Shown one piece after another: positions 32,336-42,270 of a stretch of 64,000 nt of DNA. The number at the start of each line of letters is the position of its first letter. Position 1 is the first letter of the stretch. The notes below the pieces were generated by a model that saw nothing but the letters and a program-made list of their open reading frames with translations, was not told the origin of the DNA and did not search any database. Where the stretch lies: contig JASKLF010000001.1 in NCBI GenBank assembly GCA_030153785.1, positions 128,001 through 192,000 on the forward strand, given 5' to 3'. The stretch is from a bacterium (GTDB taxonomy: Bacteria; Synergistota; GBS-1). Made by a program: the position numbers and the translations under genes.

Positions 32336-33157
32336 TTACTCACTGCCTCCCTCTGCCTGCTGTTCAGGCTCAGGAAGATGAGGAGAAATGAAGATGTCAT
32401 ATAAGACTGCACCAAGAACTCCTCCAATAAGAGGCCCTATTATGGGGGCAACTAACCAGTAGGCACCATCAAATAACCCTTTAGTTCCAACGAGAGCGCC
32501 AAAAAGCCTCGGACCAAGGTCACGAGCAGGGTTTATCGCATAACCGCTTGGACCACCAAGATCAAGACCTATGACAGTAACCACGATGCCAACCATAAAG
32601 GGAGCAAGGTTAGCCTTTACACCAAGGTTTTTAGAGTCCGTGACGGCTAATACACCCAAAAGCAATACCATAGTCCCTATAATTTCCGCAATGGTAGCGT
32701 TACCCAACGAATAGCTACCCACAGCCTGAACCGCAGCTGCTCCTCCCCAGAAAGCTTTCTCAAAAACAGAACCGGGACCAGTACACCAAACATTGGGCAT
32801 ACCAGCAGCCTTAAGACCTTCATAGTAAACAAGGTATACACCTAAAGCACCAAAGAAGCCACCAAGAGTTTGAGCTATCCAGTAAGGAATAACCTTAGCC
32901 CATGAAAAACCTCTCTTCACAGCTAAGGCAAAGGTAACAGCGGGGTTAATATGAGCACCTGTAACTCCGCCAGCCACGTATACAGCTATTGCGACAGCGA
33001 ATCCCCATCCGAAAGCTATGGTATTCCAGTTATAGGCTGGCGAAGCAAGTCTTGGAGCAAGCCCTACGTTTGCCACGACGCCGTCACCAAGAAGGCAGAG
33101 AAGGAACGTCCCAAAAAACTCCGCTGCCAACTCCCCACCAAGCGTGGGTTTCTTCAT
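32336..33157 (-). CDS. glpF: Aquaglyceroporin (MIP family)
   Basis: HINPAVT and AINPARD motifs. Confidence 0.93.
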   Translation of the reverse strand: MKKPTLGGELAAEFFGTFLLCLLGDGVVANVGLAPRLASPAYNWNTIAFGWGFAVAIAVYVAGGVTGAHINPAVTFALAVKRGFSWAKVIPYWIAQTLGGFFGALGVYLVYYEGLKAAGMPNVWCTGPGSVFEKAFWGGAAAVQAVGSYSLGNATIAEIIGTMVLLLGVLAVTDSKNLGVKANLAPFMVGIVVTVIGLDLGGPSGYAINPARDLGPRLFGALVGTKGLFDGAYWLVAPIIGPLIGGVLGAVLYDIFISPHLPEPEQQAEGGSE

Positions 33158-33196
33158 TTTAATACCCCCCTTTTAATTAGATTTTATACTTTTATC

Positions 33197-33252
33197 TAAA
33201 TAGAAAGCCACGCCTCTTTCTCAGAAGTGTGGCTTTCTCCATCCTCTGCCAC
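33197..33252 (-). promoter_or_regulatory. GlpP-type antitermination leader with terminator upstream of glpF
   Basis: GTGGCAGAG..GAGAAAGCCACACTTC..GAGGCGTGGCTTTCTATTT. Confidence 0.75.
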
Positions 33253-33300
33253 CAAGTCCATATAACATTGTATAAATAAGATATTCCCTATCCATTCATA

Positions 33301-33329
33301 ATAATATCAGCAAAACAGAATAAAGTCAA
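33301..33329 (-). promoter_or_regulatory. sigma70 promoter of the glpF-dha-glpP operon
   Basis: TTGACT-17-TATTAT with extended TG. Confidence 0.65.
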
Positions 33330-33964
33330 GATGAACTTTTACACCCCTTCCTAAGTGGGCAAGGATAGCAATTAGGTTTATGGGGACGACAAAACTCTCT
33401 TCCTATGAGTATCAACAACTTATGAGCCCTTAACCTCTCCTCTGGTGGAAAAATACTCATTAGTTTCAATCTAACAAATTCATAGCTATCTTTTTGATTT
33501 GACAAACCAAATCTTTTTACAACTCTCTCAATATGCCTATCGATTGCAAATGTTTCATTATATCCAAGATGAAGAAGTATAACATCTGCAGTCTTTGGAC
33601 CTATACCATCAATACTCATTAAAGCTTTTCTTGGGTCCTCCTCACGAAGAACCTTTGTTAAATCTCCATCCCATAGCTCGGTAACTTTACGAGCAAGACT
33701 AAAGATAGCTTTGGCCTTGCTTTTCTTTAACCCTGAAAAGGAAATAGCCATCTCTAAATCTTCCATACTAAGCGAAAGGATTCTTTGAGGAGTAATTTCT
33801 CCAACCAACTTTTCTTTTAAGCAATTGAAAGCCTTAATAGCATTCATATCAGAAGTATTTTGCGAAAGAATAGTAGCCATAGCTATTTCAAAAGGATGAG
33901 AGGAAATCGAGCTTGAAAAAACCCCTTTTAAATCAAGCCCTTTAATAAGCTCTCTTAAGCTCAT
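33326..33964 (-). CDS. nth: Endonuclease III (HhH-GPD, 4Fe-4S)
   Basis: ILSQNT, GIGPKTA, IDRHI, C-x6-C-x2-C-x5-C. Confidence 0.85.
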   Translation of the reverse strand: MSLRELIKGLDLKGVFSSSISSHPFEIAMATILSQNTSDMNAIKAFNCLKEKLVGEITPQRILSLSMEDLEMAISFSGLKKSKAKAIFSLARKVTELWDGDLTKVLREEDPRKALMSIDGIGPKTADVILLHLGYNETFAIDRHIERVVKRFGLSNQKDSYEFVRLKLMSIFPPEERLRAHKLLILIGREFCRPHKPNCYPCPLRKGCKSSS

Positions 33965-35419
33965 GGTTCCTTGAAAGCACCCTTAACCGGAGCCATTATT
34001 TTCATGACTATACCTAAAGAAACCAAATCTTGAAAAAACGAAGTCATTCTAATAACACCAAAGTTCAAAAACTTTACAGCCGCAAACTTTAAGACAAAGA
34101 GAACCATCATAAGCGCTTAAAATCTCTCCGCTCTCGTCGGTTACTGCTATAACAGGATGACCATCTCCGAAATAAGTATTCCAATTAACCAAAGAATTGT
34201 TACCAGAATAAAGCTCTATGCCCGTTATAATCCCGTTTCCTTCAACTGTGAGTTTCAATTGAAGATCAGGTTTAAGATCTTTTTTTAACTCTTCAGAATT
34301 CGAAACATAGTCTTTTACGCCGATCCCCAAAACAGTACACTCTTTAACATTAAGTGGAAATCTATAAATTTCCTTTTTCTGAACAGGAAAACTTATCTTC
34401 CCACCGTTAGAAAGCCAGAGAATAGCCTCGAATAAAAAATCTTCACTTGGTATTGTTTCAGGAACCGAAACATAAAGATCGAAACCACTATCTCCACTTA
34501 CCGGAATATTTACGCTCCCCGAAGGGGAATTCAAAATCCTCCTTGATTTGTCCAAAACAGCTATACTTGGTACCCCATCACCAGGAATCGTATTCCATAA
34601 AATATTCTTCCCCTTACAGTATCCTCTTATCTCAATGGCAGTTATAGCAACTCCACTTCCCTCAAGTTCCATAAAGAATCTACCATCTCCATAACCATCA
34701 GGAGCGATAACCTCGGAAAGATCAACATGATCCTCATCTGAGATACCATAGAAAAGGATATTTTTAACTTTAAAGGCATGCCTTTCGGACAAAGCTGGCT
34801 TAAATTCCCAATTATAGAATTCTACACTTGATTGATACTCACCAACAGACTTAGCAAAGAAACCCACGTATTTCAGAAGACCTTCTCTAAGGTTAAGTTT
34901 ACCAAGAAACTGCTAACTCTCGTTTAAATCCTCTTTAAAATAAAAACCGTATTCATCTCCGCTCTTTTCTACTTTTAAAAGGCCATTTCTAACCTTAAAG
35001 AGAACTTCAAAAAGAGGAGTTAAACCACACCTTTTAGGGAGACTCCCCTCAAGGGTTAACTTATCTTCATCACTGAGGCCGAAAAGAAGATGATAACTTT
35101 TAGACTCGCCACCATCCCAAAGAATTAAGCCAAAAGAAGTACCAGGACGCCTCTCTTGTACCTTAAACCAAGATATAAATTCCCAATCCCCCAAGGGCGC
35201 TTTCCTAACTAAAAAAGGAGCTCCTTTCTTTGTTCTACCCTTTCGATAGCAAAGACTAATATCTTGATGTGGACTTGAATATAAAAACAAACGATTAGAG
35301 GAATAAAAGCGGTAAGCATCATTACCCTCTGGATCGCTCCAGATCCAATCAAGAGCTTTTGCTTGAAGACTATCAAAAAGGCACAAAACAAGAACAACAA
35401 TAAAAATCCTTTTCACCAT
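33961..35419 (-). pseudogene. Disrupted secreted protein (lectin/DUF1349-like N-domain + two tandem repeats)
   Basis: ORFs 34913-35437 and 34049-34867 are in one frame separated by a single TAG (ES*QFLG). A second TAG at 34049 is followed by a shifted tail ending in an ATGA overlap with nth. Confidence 0.65.
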
Positions 35420-35451
35420 GTCTATATCTTTTCGCAATTTAAATTATAACA

Positions 35452-35489
35452 TAAAAAGGGCATCCCCCTTCTTAGTAAGAGGAATGCCC
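35452..35489 (-). terminator. Terminator after gdh
   Basis: GGGCATTCC..GGGATGCCC followed by TTTTT. Confidence 0.7.
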
Positions 35490-35502
35490 ACAATATCAAA
35501 AT

Positions 35503-36774
35503 CTAAGGCCAAATACCCCTTACCTTAGTTGCTTCAGCAACCTTACCTATGGCTAAAACATATGCTGCAGTTCTCATATCTATGTTATACTTCCTGTGAA
35601 CTTCATACACAGCAAGGAAAGCATTAGTCATCATTCTATCAAGCTCTTCGTAAATTTTCTGAATAGGCCAATAATGCCCAGTCCTATTCTGGATCCACTC
35701 AAAATAAGAAACAGTAACTCCCCCCGCATTAGTTAAAATATCAGGCAAGCAAATAACACCTTTATCAAAAAGTATCTTATCTGCCTCAGGAGTAACTGGA
35801 CCATTAGCCAGTTCGGAAATGAGCTTAGCTTTAATCCTTGGGGCATTCTCTTCTGTAATTACATTCTCAATAGCGGCTGGGACCAATATATCTACATTAA
35901 GTTCCAAAAGCTCCTCATTACTTATCTTATCACCATCAGGATAATTAGCAACAGTTCCAGTTTCATTAAGAACCTTTAAAAGTTTATCATGATCAAACCC
36001 GTTAGGATTGTATACTCCCCCTCCTATATCACTAACAGCTATAACCTTAAGCCCTAACAATTCCTTGTAGAGTTTATGAGCGAAGGAGCCTACATTACCA
36101 AACCCTTGGATAGCACATGTAGCTCCTTCCTTTATACCGAAAACCTTCATTGCCTCTCTCGTAACATAGGCGCCCCCTCTTGAGGTTGCATCCTTCCTAC
36201 CCTCGGATCCTCCAAGAACCATAGGTTTACCTGTGTAAACGCCAGGCTCACTCCAACCCTTCACTTTCTCGTATGTATCTAAGAACCATGCCATTATCTG
36301 AGGATTTGTATTGACATCAGGTGCAGGAATATCATAATCAACACCCACAAAACGGGACACCGCAAGGGCATAAGCTCTACTTAACCTCTCAAGCTCTCCC
36401 TGAGACATCTCCTTAGGGTTACAAGCTATTCCGCCTTTTCCCCCACCATAAGGTAAGCCAACAACGGCACATTTCCAAGTCATCAAAACAGAGAGAGCCA
36501 TCACATCATCAAGGGTTACTTGTGGATGATAACGAACACCACCTTTATACGGACCTAAAGCGTTATTATGGTGAGAACGATAAGCGCTGAAGACTTTTAC
36601 TTTCCCGTCATCCATTCTAACAGAAAGATGCATAATGAGGGTTTCCTTAGGATACTTAAGCACCTCAAATAAATCATCTTCAACATTGGGAAGGTACGGT
36701 CTTGCCACTTCCATCTGCTTAATAACATTCTCAAATAAGCTAACCTTATGTTCACACATCCCCCCCACCTCCAT
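35503..36774 (-). CDS. gdhA: Glutamate dehydrogenase (start may be 36759)
   Basis: GPYKGGVRY, GGGKGG, PAPDVNT, GFGNVG, NAGGVTVSYFEW. Confidence 0.95.
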   Translation of the reverse strand: MEVGGMCEHKVSLFENVIKQMEVARPYLPNVEDDLFEVLKYPKETLIMHLSVRMDDGKVKVFSAYRSHHNNALGPYKGGVRYHPQVTLDDVMALSVLMTWKCAVVGLPYGGGKGGIACNPKEMSQGELERLSRAYALAVSRFVGVDYDIPAPDVNTNPQIMAWFLDTYEKVKGWSEPGVYTGKPMVLGGSEGRKDATSRGGAYVTREAMKVFGIKEGATCAIQGFGNVGSFAHKLYKELLGLKVIAVSDIGGGVYNPNGFDHDKLLKVLNETGTVANYPDGDKISNEELLELNVDILVPAAIENVITEENAPRIKAKLISELANGPVTPEADKILFDKGVICLPDILTNAGGVTVSYFEWIQNRTGHYWPIQKIYEELDRMMTNAFLAVYEVHRKYNIDMRTAAYVLAIGKVAEATKVRGIWP

Positions 36775-36803
36775 ATAGCCCTCCTCTTCTTTTTCTCACC
36801 TTA

Positions 36804-37355
36804 CTAATCAACCGCCGCCCTACCTATTTCATATCCTATATTAAAAGCTCTAAGATTCTTATCCTCCGTACCTTGAGGTACCCTTGCAAGTATGGCTTTC
36901 TCAAAGGACTCCTTTTTAACTAAGCCCTCTATCAGAGCACATAGCACTCCTAAGGCTATTATATTGGCAAAAAGAGGAGTCCCAAAAGTATCCACACTTG
37001 TTTTTACTATTGGAAGATGTAAAAGCTTACCTTTGATTTGGGGTATCCTTTTAACAAAGAAATCATCAACTATAAGTATACCGCCTTCTTTTAAATCAAT
37101 ACTATGCTTATCAGCCGCTTCTTGGGTTAAAGCTACAACTATATCTGGAGATGTAACTTTGGGATAATCTATCTCCACATCACTTATAACTACTTCAGAC
37201 TTGCTGGCTCCACCCCTTGCCTCAGGTCCATATGACTGAGTCTGAACTGCTCGTTTCCCCTCATAAATAGCCGCAGCCTCTCCAAGGATTATTCCTGCAA
37301 GAATTACCCCCTGCCCTCCAGCCCCCGAGAATCTAACTTCAAAACGCTCTATCAT
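36804..37355 (-). CDS. korC: 2-oxoacid:ferredoxin oxidoreductase gamma subunit
   Basis: GAGGQG, SYGPEARGG. Confidence 0.88.
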   Translation of the reverse strand: MIERFEVRFSGAGGQGVILAGIILGEAAAIYEGKRAVQTQSYGPEARGGASKSEVVISDVEIDYPKVTSPDIVVALTQEAADKHSIDLKEGGILIVDDFFVKRIPQIKGKLLHLPIVKTSVDTFGTPLFANIIALGVLCALIEGLVKKESFEKAILARVPQGTEDKNLRAFNIGYEIGRAAVD

Positions 37356-38182
37356 TTGGACATTCCCTCCCCAATAGCTGCCTTGCACAAGCTATGATAA
37401 AGCTCTGTATACTCTATCATCTCCTTATCCGCAAACTCTCCGATAACTATTTTACCCTCTAATTCTTCATCTGACATCTCCTTAGCTTTAGAAAGAGGGA
37501 CACTATTATTCTTCAACCATTCCATCATTTCAACAGCTCCCCTGAGTCTATTTCTCCTTCCGAACTGGGTAGGACAGGTAGAGATAATCTCCACAAAGGA
37601 AAACCCTCTCTTTTGCAAAGCCTTCTTTATAAAGCTTTCCATCTGGGATATATGGAAAACCGTAGCCCTCGCCACATAAACAGCACCAGCGGCAACAGCA
37701 AGATTACACAAATCAAATTGACGTTCTATAAAACCATAGGGAGCCGTTGAGCCTCTAGCTCCATGAGGGGTAGTTGGAGAAGCCTGCCCGCCAGTCATCC
37801 CATAAATATAGTTATTCAACACTATTGCTGTAATATCTATGTTTCGTCTCGCAGCATGAATAAAGTGATTTCCACCTATAGCTGCACAATCGCCGTCTCC
37901 CATAACCGTTACCACTCTCAAATGAGGCTTAGCAAGCTTAATACCAGTTGCAAAAGCAAGTGCCCTACCATGCGTAGTATGAAGGGTATTAGCGTTAATA
38001 TAACCTGGAATCCTGGAGGAACATCCTATTCCAGAAACTACCATAACCTCTTCCGGGTTATATCCCAGAGCGTCAAAGGCTCGTATAAGAGCATGAAAGG
38101 CTATACCATGCCCACAACCCGCACAGAATATATGAGGGAAAAGCCCCAATCTTAAAAATCGAGCAATATTCTCACGGGGCAT
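37352..38182 (-). CDS. korB: 2-oxoacid:ferredoxin oxidoreductase beta subunit
   Basis: CAGCG, SGIGCS, GDGD TPP motif, YGMTGGQ. Confidence 0.9.
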   Translation of the reverse strand: MPRENIARFLRLGLFPHIFCAGCGHGIAFHALIRAFDALGYNPEEVMVVSGIGCSSRIPGYINANTLHTTHGRALAFATGIKLAKPHLRVVTVMGDGDCAAIGGNHFIHAARRNIDITAIVLNNYIYGMTGGQASPTTPHGARGSTAPYGFIERQFDLCNLAVAAGAVYVARATVFHISQMESFIKKALQKRGFSFVEIISTCPTQFGRRNRLRGAVEMMEWLKNNSVPLSKAKEMSDEELEGKIVIGEFADKEMIEYTELYHSLCKAAIGEGMSK

Positions 38183-38183
38183 C

Positions 38184-39317
38184 TCAGGCAACCTCCTTTA
38201 CCTTCTCTAAAATTTGTTCGGGCGTAATTATTTCAGTGTCAAGTCTAATCAAGCTGTGAACCTCACATCTACCACCAACAACTCTCTCAACTTCTCTAAC
38301 CATGAGCCCAGGGTTCATTTCAGGCACTATAATTGCCTTTACCTTCGAAGCTATCTTTTTCAAAGGTTCCTCCGGAAAGGGCCACAGTATAACAGGCCTA
38401 AACAGTCCAACCTTATAACCCAATTTGCGCGCTTCTCTTAAAGCGCCCATAGCAGACCTTGCAACACAACCAAAAGCTACTATGACAACCTCTGCATCTT
38501 CAAGTTCAAAGCTGGAGAATTTAACTAAAAGATCCTTCCCTTTTTCAAACTTCCTCAATAATCGTAAGTTCAAAGCCTCTATTTCCTTAGGGTCATTGGT
38601 CGGAAGTCCGTATTCATTATGAACGAGCCCTGTAACGTGAAAGCAATAACCTTCTCCGTATGCAGCCATCGGCGGGATATCGTCCTCGGGATCTGCTTCA
38701 TAAGGCTTATAGTTCAAGGGAGAAGCTTTTGGCCTCTTTCTGTTATAGATTTTTACCTCACTATCCTCTGGGAGTTCGATTCTCTCCCTCATGTGGCCAA
38801 CGACTTCATCGCTTAGAAGAACCACAGGGGTTCTAAAGCGCTCTGCAAGGTTAAAGGCTTCTATAGTAAGCTCAAAACATTCCTTCACGGAAGATGGAGA
38901 GAGAACAACAAGAGGAAATCCGCCATGGGTTCCCCATCTTGCCTGCATGAAATCTCCTTGAAAAGGCTTCGTAGGGGTACCTGTAGAGGGACCTCCCCTC
39001 TGAACATCAACTATAACAACTGGAACTTCAGCCATTATAGCAAAGCCTATGTTTTCCTGCTTCAAAGAAAACCCTGGTCCACTTGTAGCAGTCATACTTT
39101 TCAATCCCGCCAGGGATGCACCGATAGCCGCTGCAATACTCCCTATCTCATCTTCCATTTGTATAAAAATGCCCCCCACCTTGGGGAGCTCAGCGGAAAG
39201 TATTTCTGCTATCTCAGATGAAGGTGTTATAGGATAACCTGCGTAAAACTTAACACCAGCCATTATAGCCCCCATAGCGACTGCACGATTACCCTGCCAA
39301 AAAACAACCCTACCCAA
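38184..39317 (-). CDS. korA: 2-oxoacid:ferredoxin oxidoreductase alpha subunit
   Basis: YPITPSSE, EDEI, TSGPG, QRGGPSTG. Confidence 0.9.
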   Translation of the reverse strand: MGRVVFWQGNRAVAMGAIMAGVKFYAGYPITPSSEIAEILSAELPKVGGIFIQMEDEIGSIAAAIGASLAGLKSMTATSGPGFSLKQENIGFAIMAEVPVVIVDVQRGGPSTGTPTKPFQGDFMQARWGTHGGFPLVVLSPSSVKECFELTIEAFNLAERFRTPVVLLSDEVVGHMRERIELPEDSEVKIYNRKRPKASPLNYKPYEADPEDDIPPMAAYGEGYCFHVTGLVHNEYGLPTNDPKEIEALNLRLLRKFEKGKDLLVKFSSFELEDAEVVIVAFGCVARSAMGALREARKLGYKVGLFRPVILWPFPEEPLKKIASKVKAIIVPEMNPGLMVREVERVVGGRCEVHSLIRLDTEIITPEQILEKVKEVA

Positions 39318-39519
39318 CCCTCTCCGCCTCCTCAACAATTATGGCAAAATCGGGACAGTAATTTTCACATCTCCTACAACCTATACAGTTTTCCTGATAT
39401 TTAACCTCCGCCTTTAATCTCTCTCCCATAACAAGCACATTTTTGGGGCAAAAGGCTACACACAGACCACACCCCTTACACCATTTCTCATTTATCACAA
39501 CCTTATATTGCCCCGCCAC
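39310..39519 (-). CDS. korD: 2x[4Fe-4S] ferredoxin (delta subunit)
   Basis: CKGCGLCVAFCP and CIGCRRCENYCP. Confidence 0.88.
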   Translation of the reverse strand: MAGQYKVVINEKWCKGCGLCVAFCPKNVLVMGERLKAEVKYQENCIGCRRCENYCPDFAIIVEEAERVG

Positions 39520-39568
39520 TCCCTATGACCCCCCTCTTGTCCTAACATTTGTTGCTTCTGTACTTTAC

Positions 39569-39597
39569 ATTATATACTTTCATGATAAAAGATTCAA
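39569..39597 (-). promoter_or_regulatory. sigma70 promoter of the kor-gdh operon
   Basis: TTGAAT-17-TATAAT. Confidence 0.7.
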
Positions 39598-39611
39598 CCC
39601 GAAAAACAAAA

Positions 39612-39650
39612 ATAAAAGGGGAACCTTTTAAAAGGTTCCCCCCCTTTTAT
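39612..39650 (-). terminator. Terminator after the Gld-like operon
   Basis: GGGGAACCTTTTAAAAGGTTCCCC palindrome followed by TTTTATTTTT. Confidence 0.75.
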
Positions 39651-39676
39651 CAATAGCATACCCCAAATAGCAAGGT

Positions 39677-40963
39677 TTACTTTTTAATAAAGCTCGGTAA
39701 AAGCTCCTCTAAAGGTTTGTCCAACTTATAAACGATAGGATAATCTAAATCTTTAACCCACCCATTTTCGATACCCTCGTAATACTCTACCCTAACCTTT
39801 TTAAGAGCATCTTCCGCAGTAACTTTAAAGACAAGTTTAGCATCGGAAGGAATTTCTCCCTTGTAAATAGCCTTATCAGCTTCCACATCACAAAGCTCCC
39901 TTGCCAATTTGTCAGCATTCTCTACCCCTGTCCACTTTCCATTTTCCTCTTTCAAAGAAATTTTCTCGCCATCAGGGTATTCAACTACTATAGAGCTTAG
40001 AGTATAGTAGCTTCCCCTTAATGGACGCTTATCAAGCAAATCATCTATTGACCTCACCCTCAAGGTTCTCGGGACATATTTTCCAAACTTATATACACTT
40101 ATACCACCCTTGACCATTCCCCAAAGGCTTCTTCCATCCTCTGACCACGAATAAAGAATCTCGTATTCCTTTCCATCCTTAGTTTTAAGCTTCACAATTA
40201 ACTGAGGAGAATCCAAACCATATTCTTTCAAATCCTTAGGGTGATCTATTATGTCTTCGGCCTTACTCTCCACTATATCCCACAAAATATCTGTAACTTT
40301 GTCCTGGCTTACAGGTATGGTCACAGGGGACAGAATTTCCCAGATATCGTTTTCGGTCCTCCTGAAAGAATATTCTCGAGAGGGTCTAACATAAGACAAA
40401 GTGAAACTCTCCACAGCTAAGGTATTTTCTGGAATCATGTCCTTTTTTCTAAGAGAGTAAAGATCTTGAGAAAGCTGCTTGTATATGTATGAGCTAACAA
40501 GGTATATAGCTTTATCTCCTTCAACCATGAGATACCTTTCTGAGGTAATGGGATTCTCCTTACCGAAAAGAAGGGTTAGTTTTTCTCCCTTCTTATTTTC
40601 CAACTCAAAGACTATTTCGGGTTTATCCAAACCATACTCCTTCGGATCTCCAGAATCAGCAACTTTATCTTTTTTAGCATCCTCAATAGAAGAGAAAATG
40701 AGAGTAATGGTAAAATCATCTGCAAGGGTTTCAACGGGAGAAACTATTTTCCAGGAATCCTTATTCAAGCGCACTATTCGGGCATCGAGCTTCTTGGAAT
40801 CCACCCTTAGCTCAATAGCTGATATATCCTCTGTAGCCCAAGGAATAAGCTTAGACTCTTCTTTTTTTCTCAACTCTGAGGGAAGGTCTATAACAAATAT
40901 GTAAAACAACAAGGAAGCGAGAATAAGCGACAGAACAAGCGTGCTCTTTTTCGCCCTCATCAC
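39677..40963 (-). CDS. DUF4340 domain protein
   Basis: N-terminal anchor, repeated EYGLDxP motif, Gld-like context. Confidence 0.75.
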   Translation of the reverse strand: MMRAKKSTLVLSLILASLLFYIFVIDLPSELRKKEESKLIPWATEDISAIELRVDSKKLDARIVRLNKDSWKIVSPVETLADDFTITLIFSSIEDAKKDKVADSGDPKEYGLDKPEIVFELENKKGEKLTLLFGKENPITSERYLMVEGDKAIYLVSSYIYKQLSQDLYSLRKKDMIPENTLAVESFTLSYVRPSREYSFRRTENDIWEILSPVTIPVSQDKVTDILWDIVESKAEDIIDHPKDLKEYGLDSPQLIVKLKTKDGKEYEILYSWSEDGRSLWGMVKGGISVYKFGKYVPRTLRVRSIDDLLDKRPLRGSYYTLSSIVVEYPDGEKISLKEENGKWTGVENADKLARELCDVEADKAIYKGEIPSDAKLVFKVTAEDALKKVRVEYYEGIENGWVKDLDYPIVYKLDKPLEELLPSFIKK

Positions 40964-42270
40964 AATCTCCTCCTTCTAACCCAAGCTACTCCACCAAGAA
41001 GGAACATGATACCTGGAACAATAACAAGCGAAAGCCACAAGCTTAAATTGCCAAGCCAAGATGGAATCATAAAAGCAGTATATTTCCCTTTAGTAATAGG
41101 GATATCAACCAGCTTCATCTCCTTAGCGAGATAGAAGATAAATTTCTGCGCAAGATCACCATTTCCAGATATCCTAAAGTTAGCGTTTCTCAGAAAATCA
41201 CTGTCTCCTATTAAAATAGCTTCTCCCTCTCTTTGTCTATCCTTAACCAGAAAAGCTAAAGTTAGTGGACCTTTGAGATCTTTCCCCTCGTCAAATTGGA
41301 CAACTGTAGTATCAGGCTTTATATCCATTTCAAGCCAGCTTGCATCTCCCGTCTCAAGAAGCTTCTCCTCATCAAGCTTTCCCTTCTCTTTGGCCAAAGC
41401 AGTGGCAACGGGAAAGGCCGTAGCAAGACTAAATTCGGATAACACCTGTGTATAAGGATACTTGACAATGACGGGAGTTAAAGCGTTCGCACCAAAGGCC
41501 TTAGCCATTGGATCAACTATAACGCCATCATAAACGAAAACCTCGAAATTTCTCAAGCACCAAGTCTTCCACACCTGTGGGGAATCATATTCTAAAGCGA
41601 GGAAAATTCTGCCACCATTTTCGAAATATTCGGTTAGAATGTTTAATTCGGAAGGCAACGGCTCCCTTTTAGGACCTATGATAACTACGCACAAGGCATC
41701 AGGGGGGACCTTACTTACAGAAAGCAGGTTTAAAACCTTGGGTGTAAATCCTTTACCCTTCAAAGCGTCTCTTAAAGCAGTTATACCCTGATCAGATGCA
41801 TCATCTAAAAGGGGCTCCCCGTGCCCCGTAACAAAGTAGATCACTTTCTCTCCTATCATTTGAACCTTTATTATAGCATTTGTTATATTTTCCTCATCAA
41901 AATAGTCTACCTTAACCTGTCTATCTCCCTGGACGACTACTACCTGTCCATAAAAGTCTACACCATACTTCTTAGCCTCAAGGGGGCGTTTACTTGCATC
42001 GATTATAAAATACTCTATCTTAGGGCAATAATACTTGTAAGTATCAAGCAAGGCCTTATACCTATCCACATCATCTCTTGCGGGAAAAGCATAAATTTCT
42101 ATCTTATCCTTTACCTCTTGAAGAACCTCTATAGTTTTCTGATCTAAAGTGTTTTCTCTCCACGCCGTAAGATCCCACCTATAATAGTGCTTGTCAACTA
42201 TATAGTTTAAGGCTACAAATATGCAAAAAAGCAAGATGAAATTAATTATCAAGGTTCTTTTTTCGGTCAT
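40960..42270 (-). CDS. GldG-like ABC transporter auxiliary protein
   Basis: RWDLT, YFVTGHGE, IGDSDF, GNGDL, C-terminal TM + RRRR. Confidence 0.8.
   Translation of the reverse strand: MTEKRTLIINFILLFCIFVALNYIVDKHYYRWDLTAWRENTLDQKTIEVLQEVKDKIEIYAFPARDDVDRYKALLDTYKYYCPKIEYFIIDASKRPLEAKKYGVDFYGQVVVVQGDRQVKVDYFDEENITNAIIKVQMIGEKVIYFVTGHGEPLLDDASDQGITALRDALKGKGFTPKVLNLLSVSKVPPDALCVVIIGPKREPLPSELNILTEYFENGGRIFLALEYDSPQVWKTWCLRNFEVFVYDGVIVDPMAKAFGANALTPVIVKYPYTQVLSEFSLATAFPVATALAKEKGKLDEEKLLETGDASWLEMDIKPDTTVVQFDEGKDLKGPLTLAFLVKDRQREGEAILIGDSDFLRNANFRISGNGDLAQKFIFYLAKEMKLVDIPITKGKYTAFMIPSWLGNLSLWLSLVIVPGIMFLLGGVAWVRRRRL

Noticed and set aside
34049..34915. Pyrrolysine/amber readthrough at two TAGs
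   Set aside because: TAG is a normal stop for many genes here, no pyl genes are visible, and the first TAG fits a TGG>TAG mutation.
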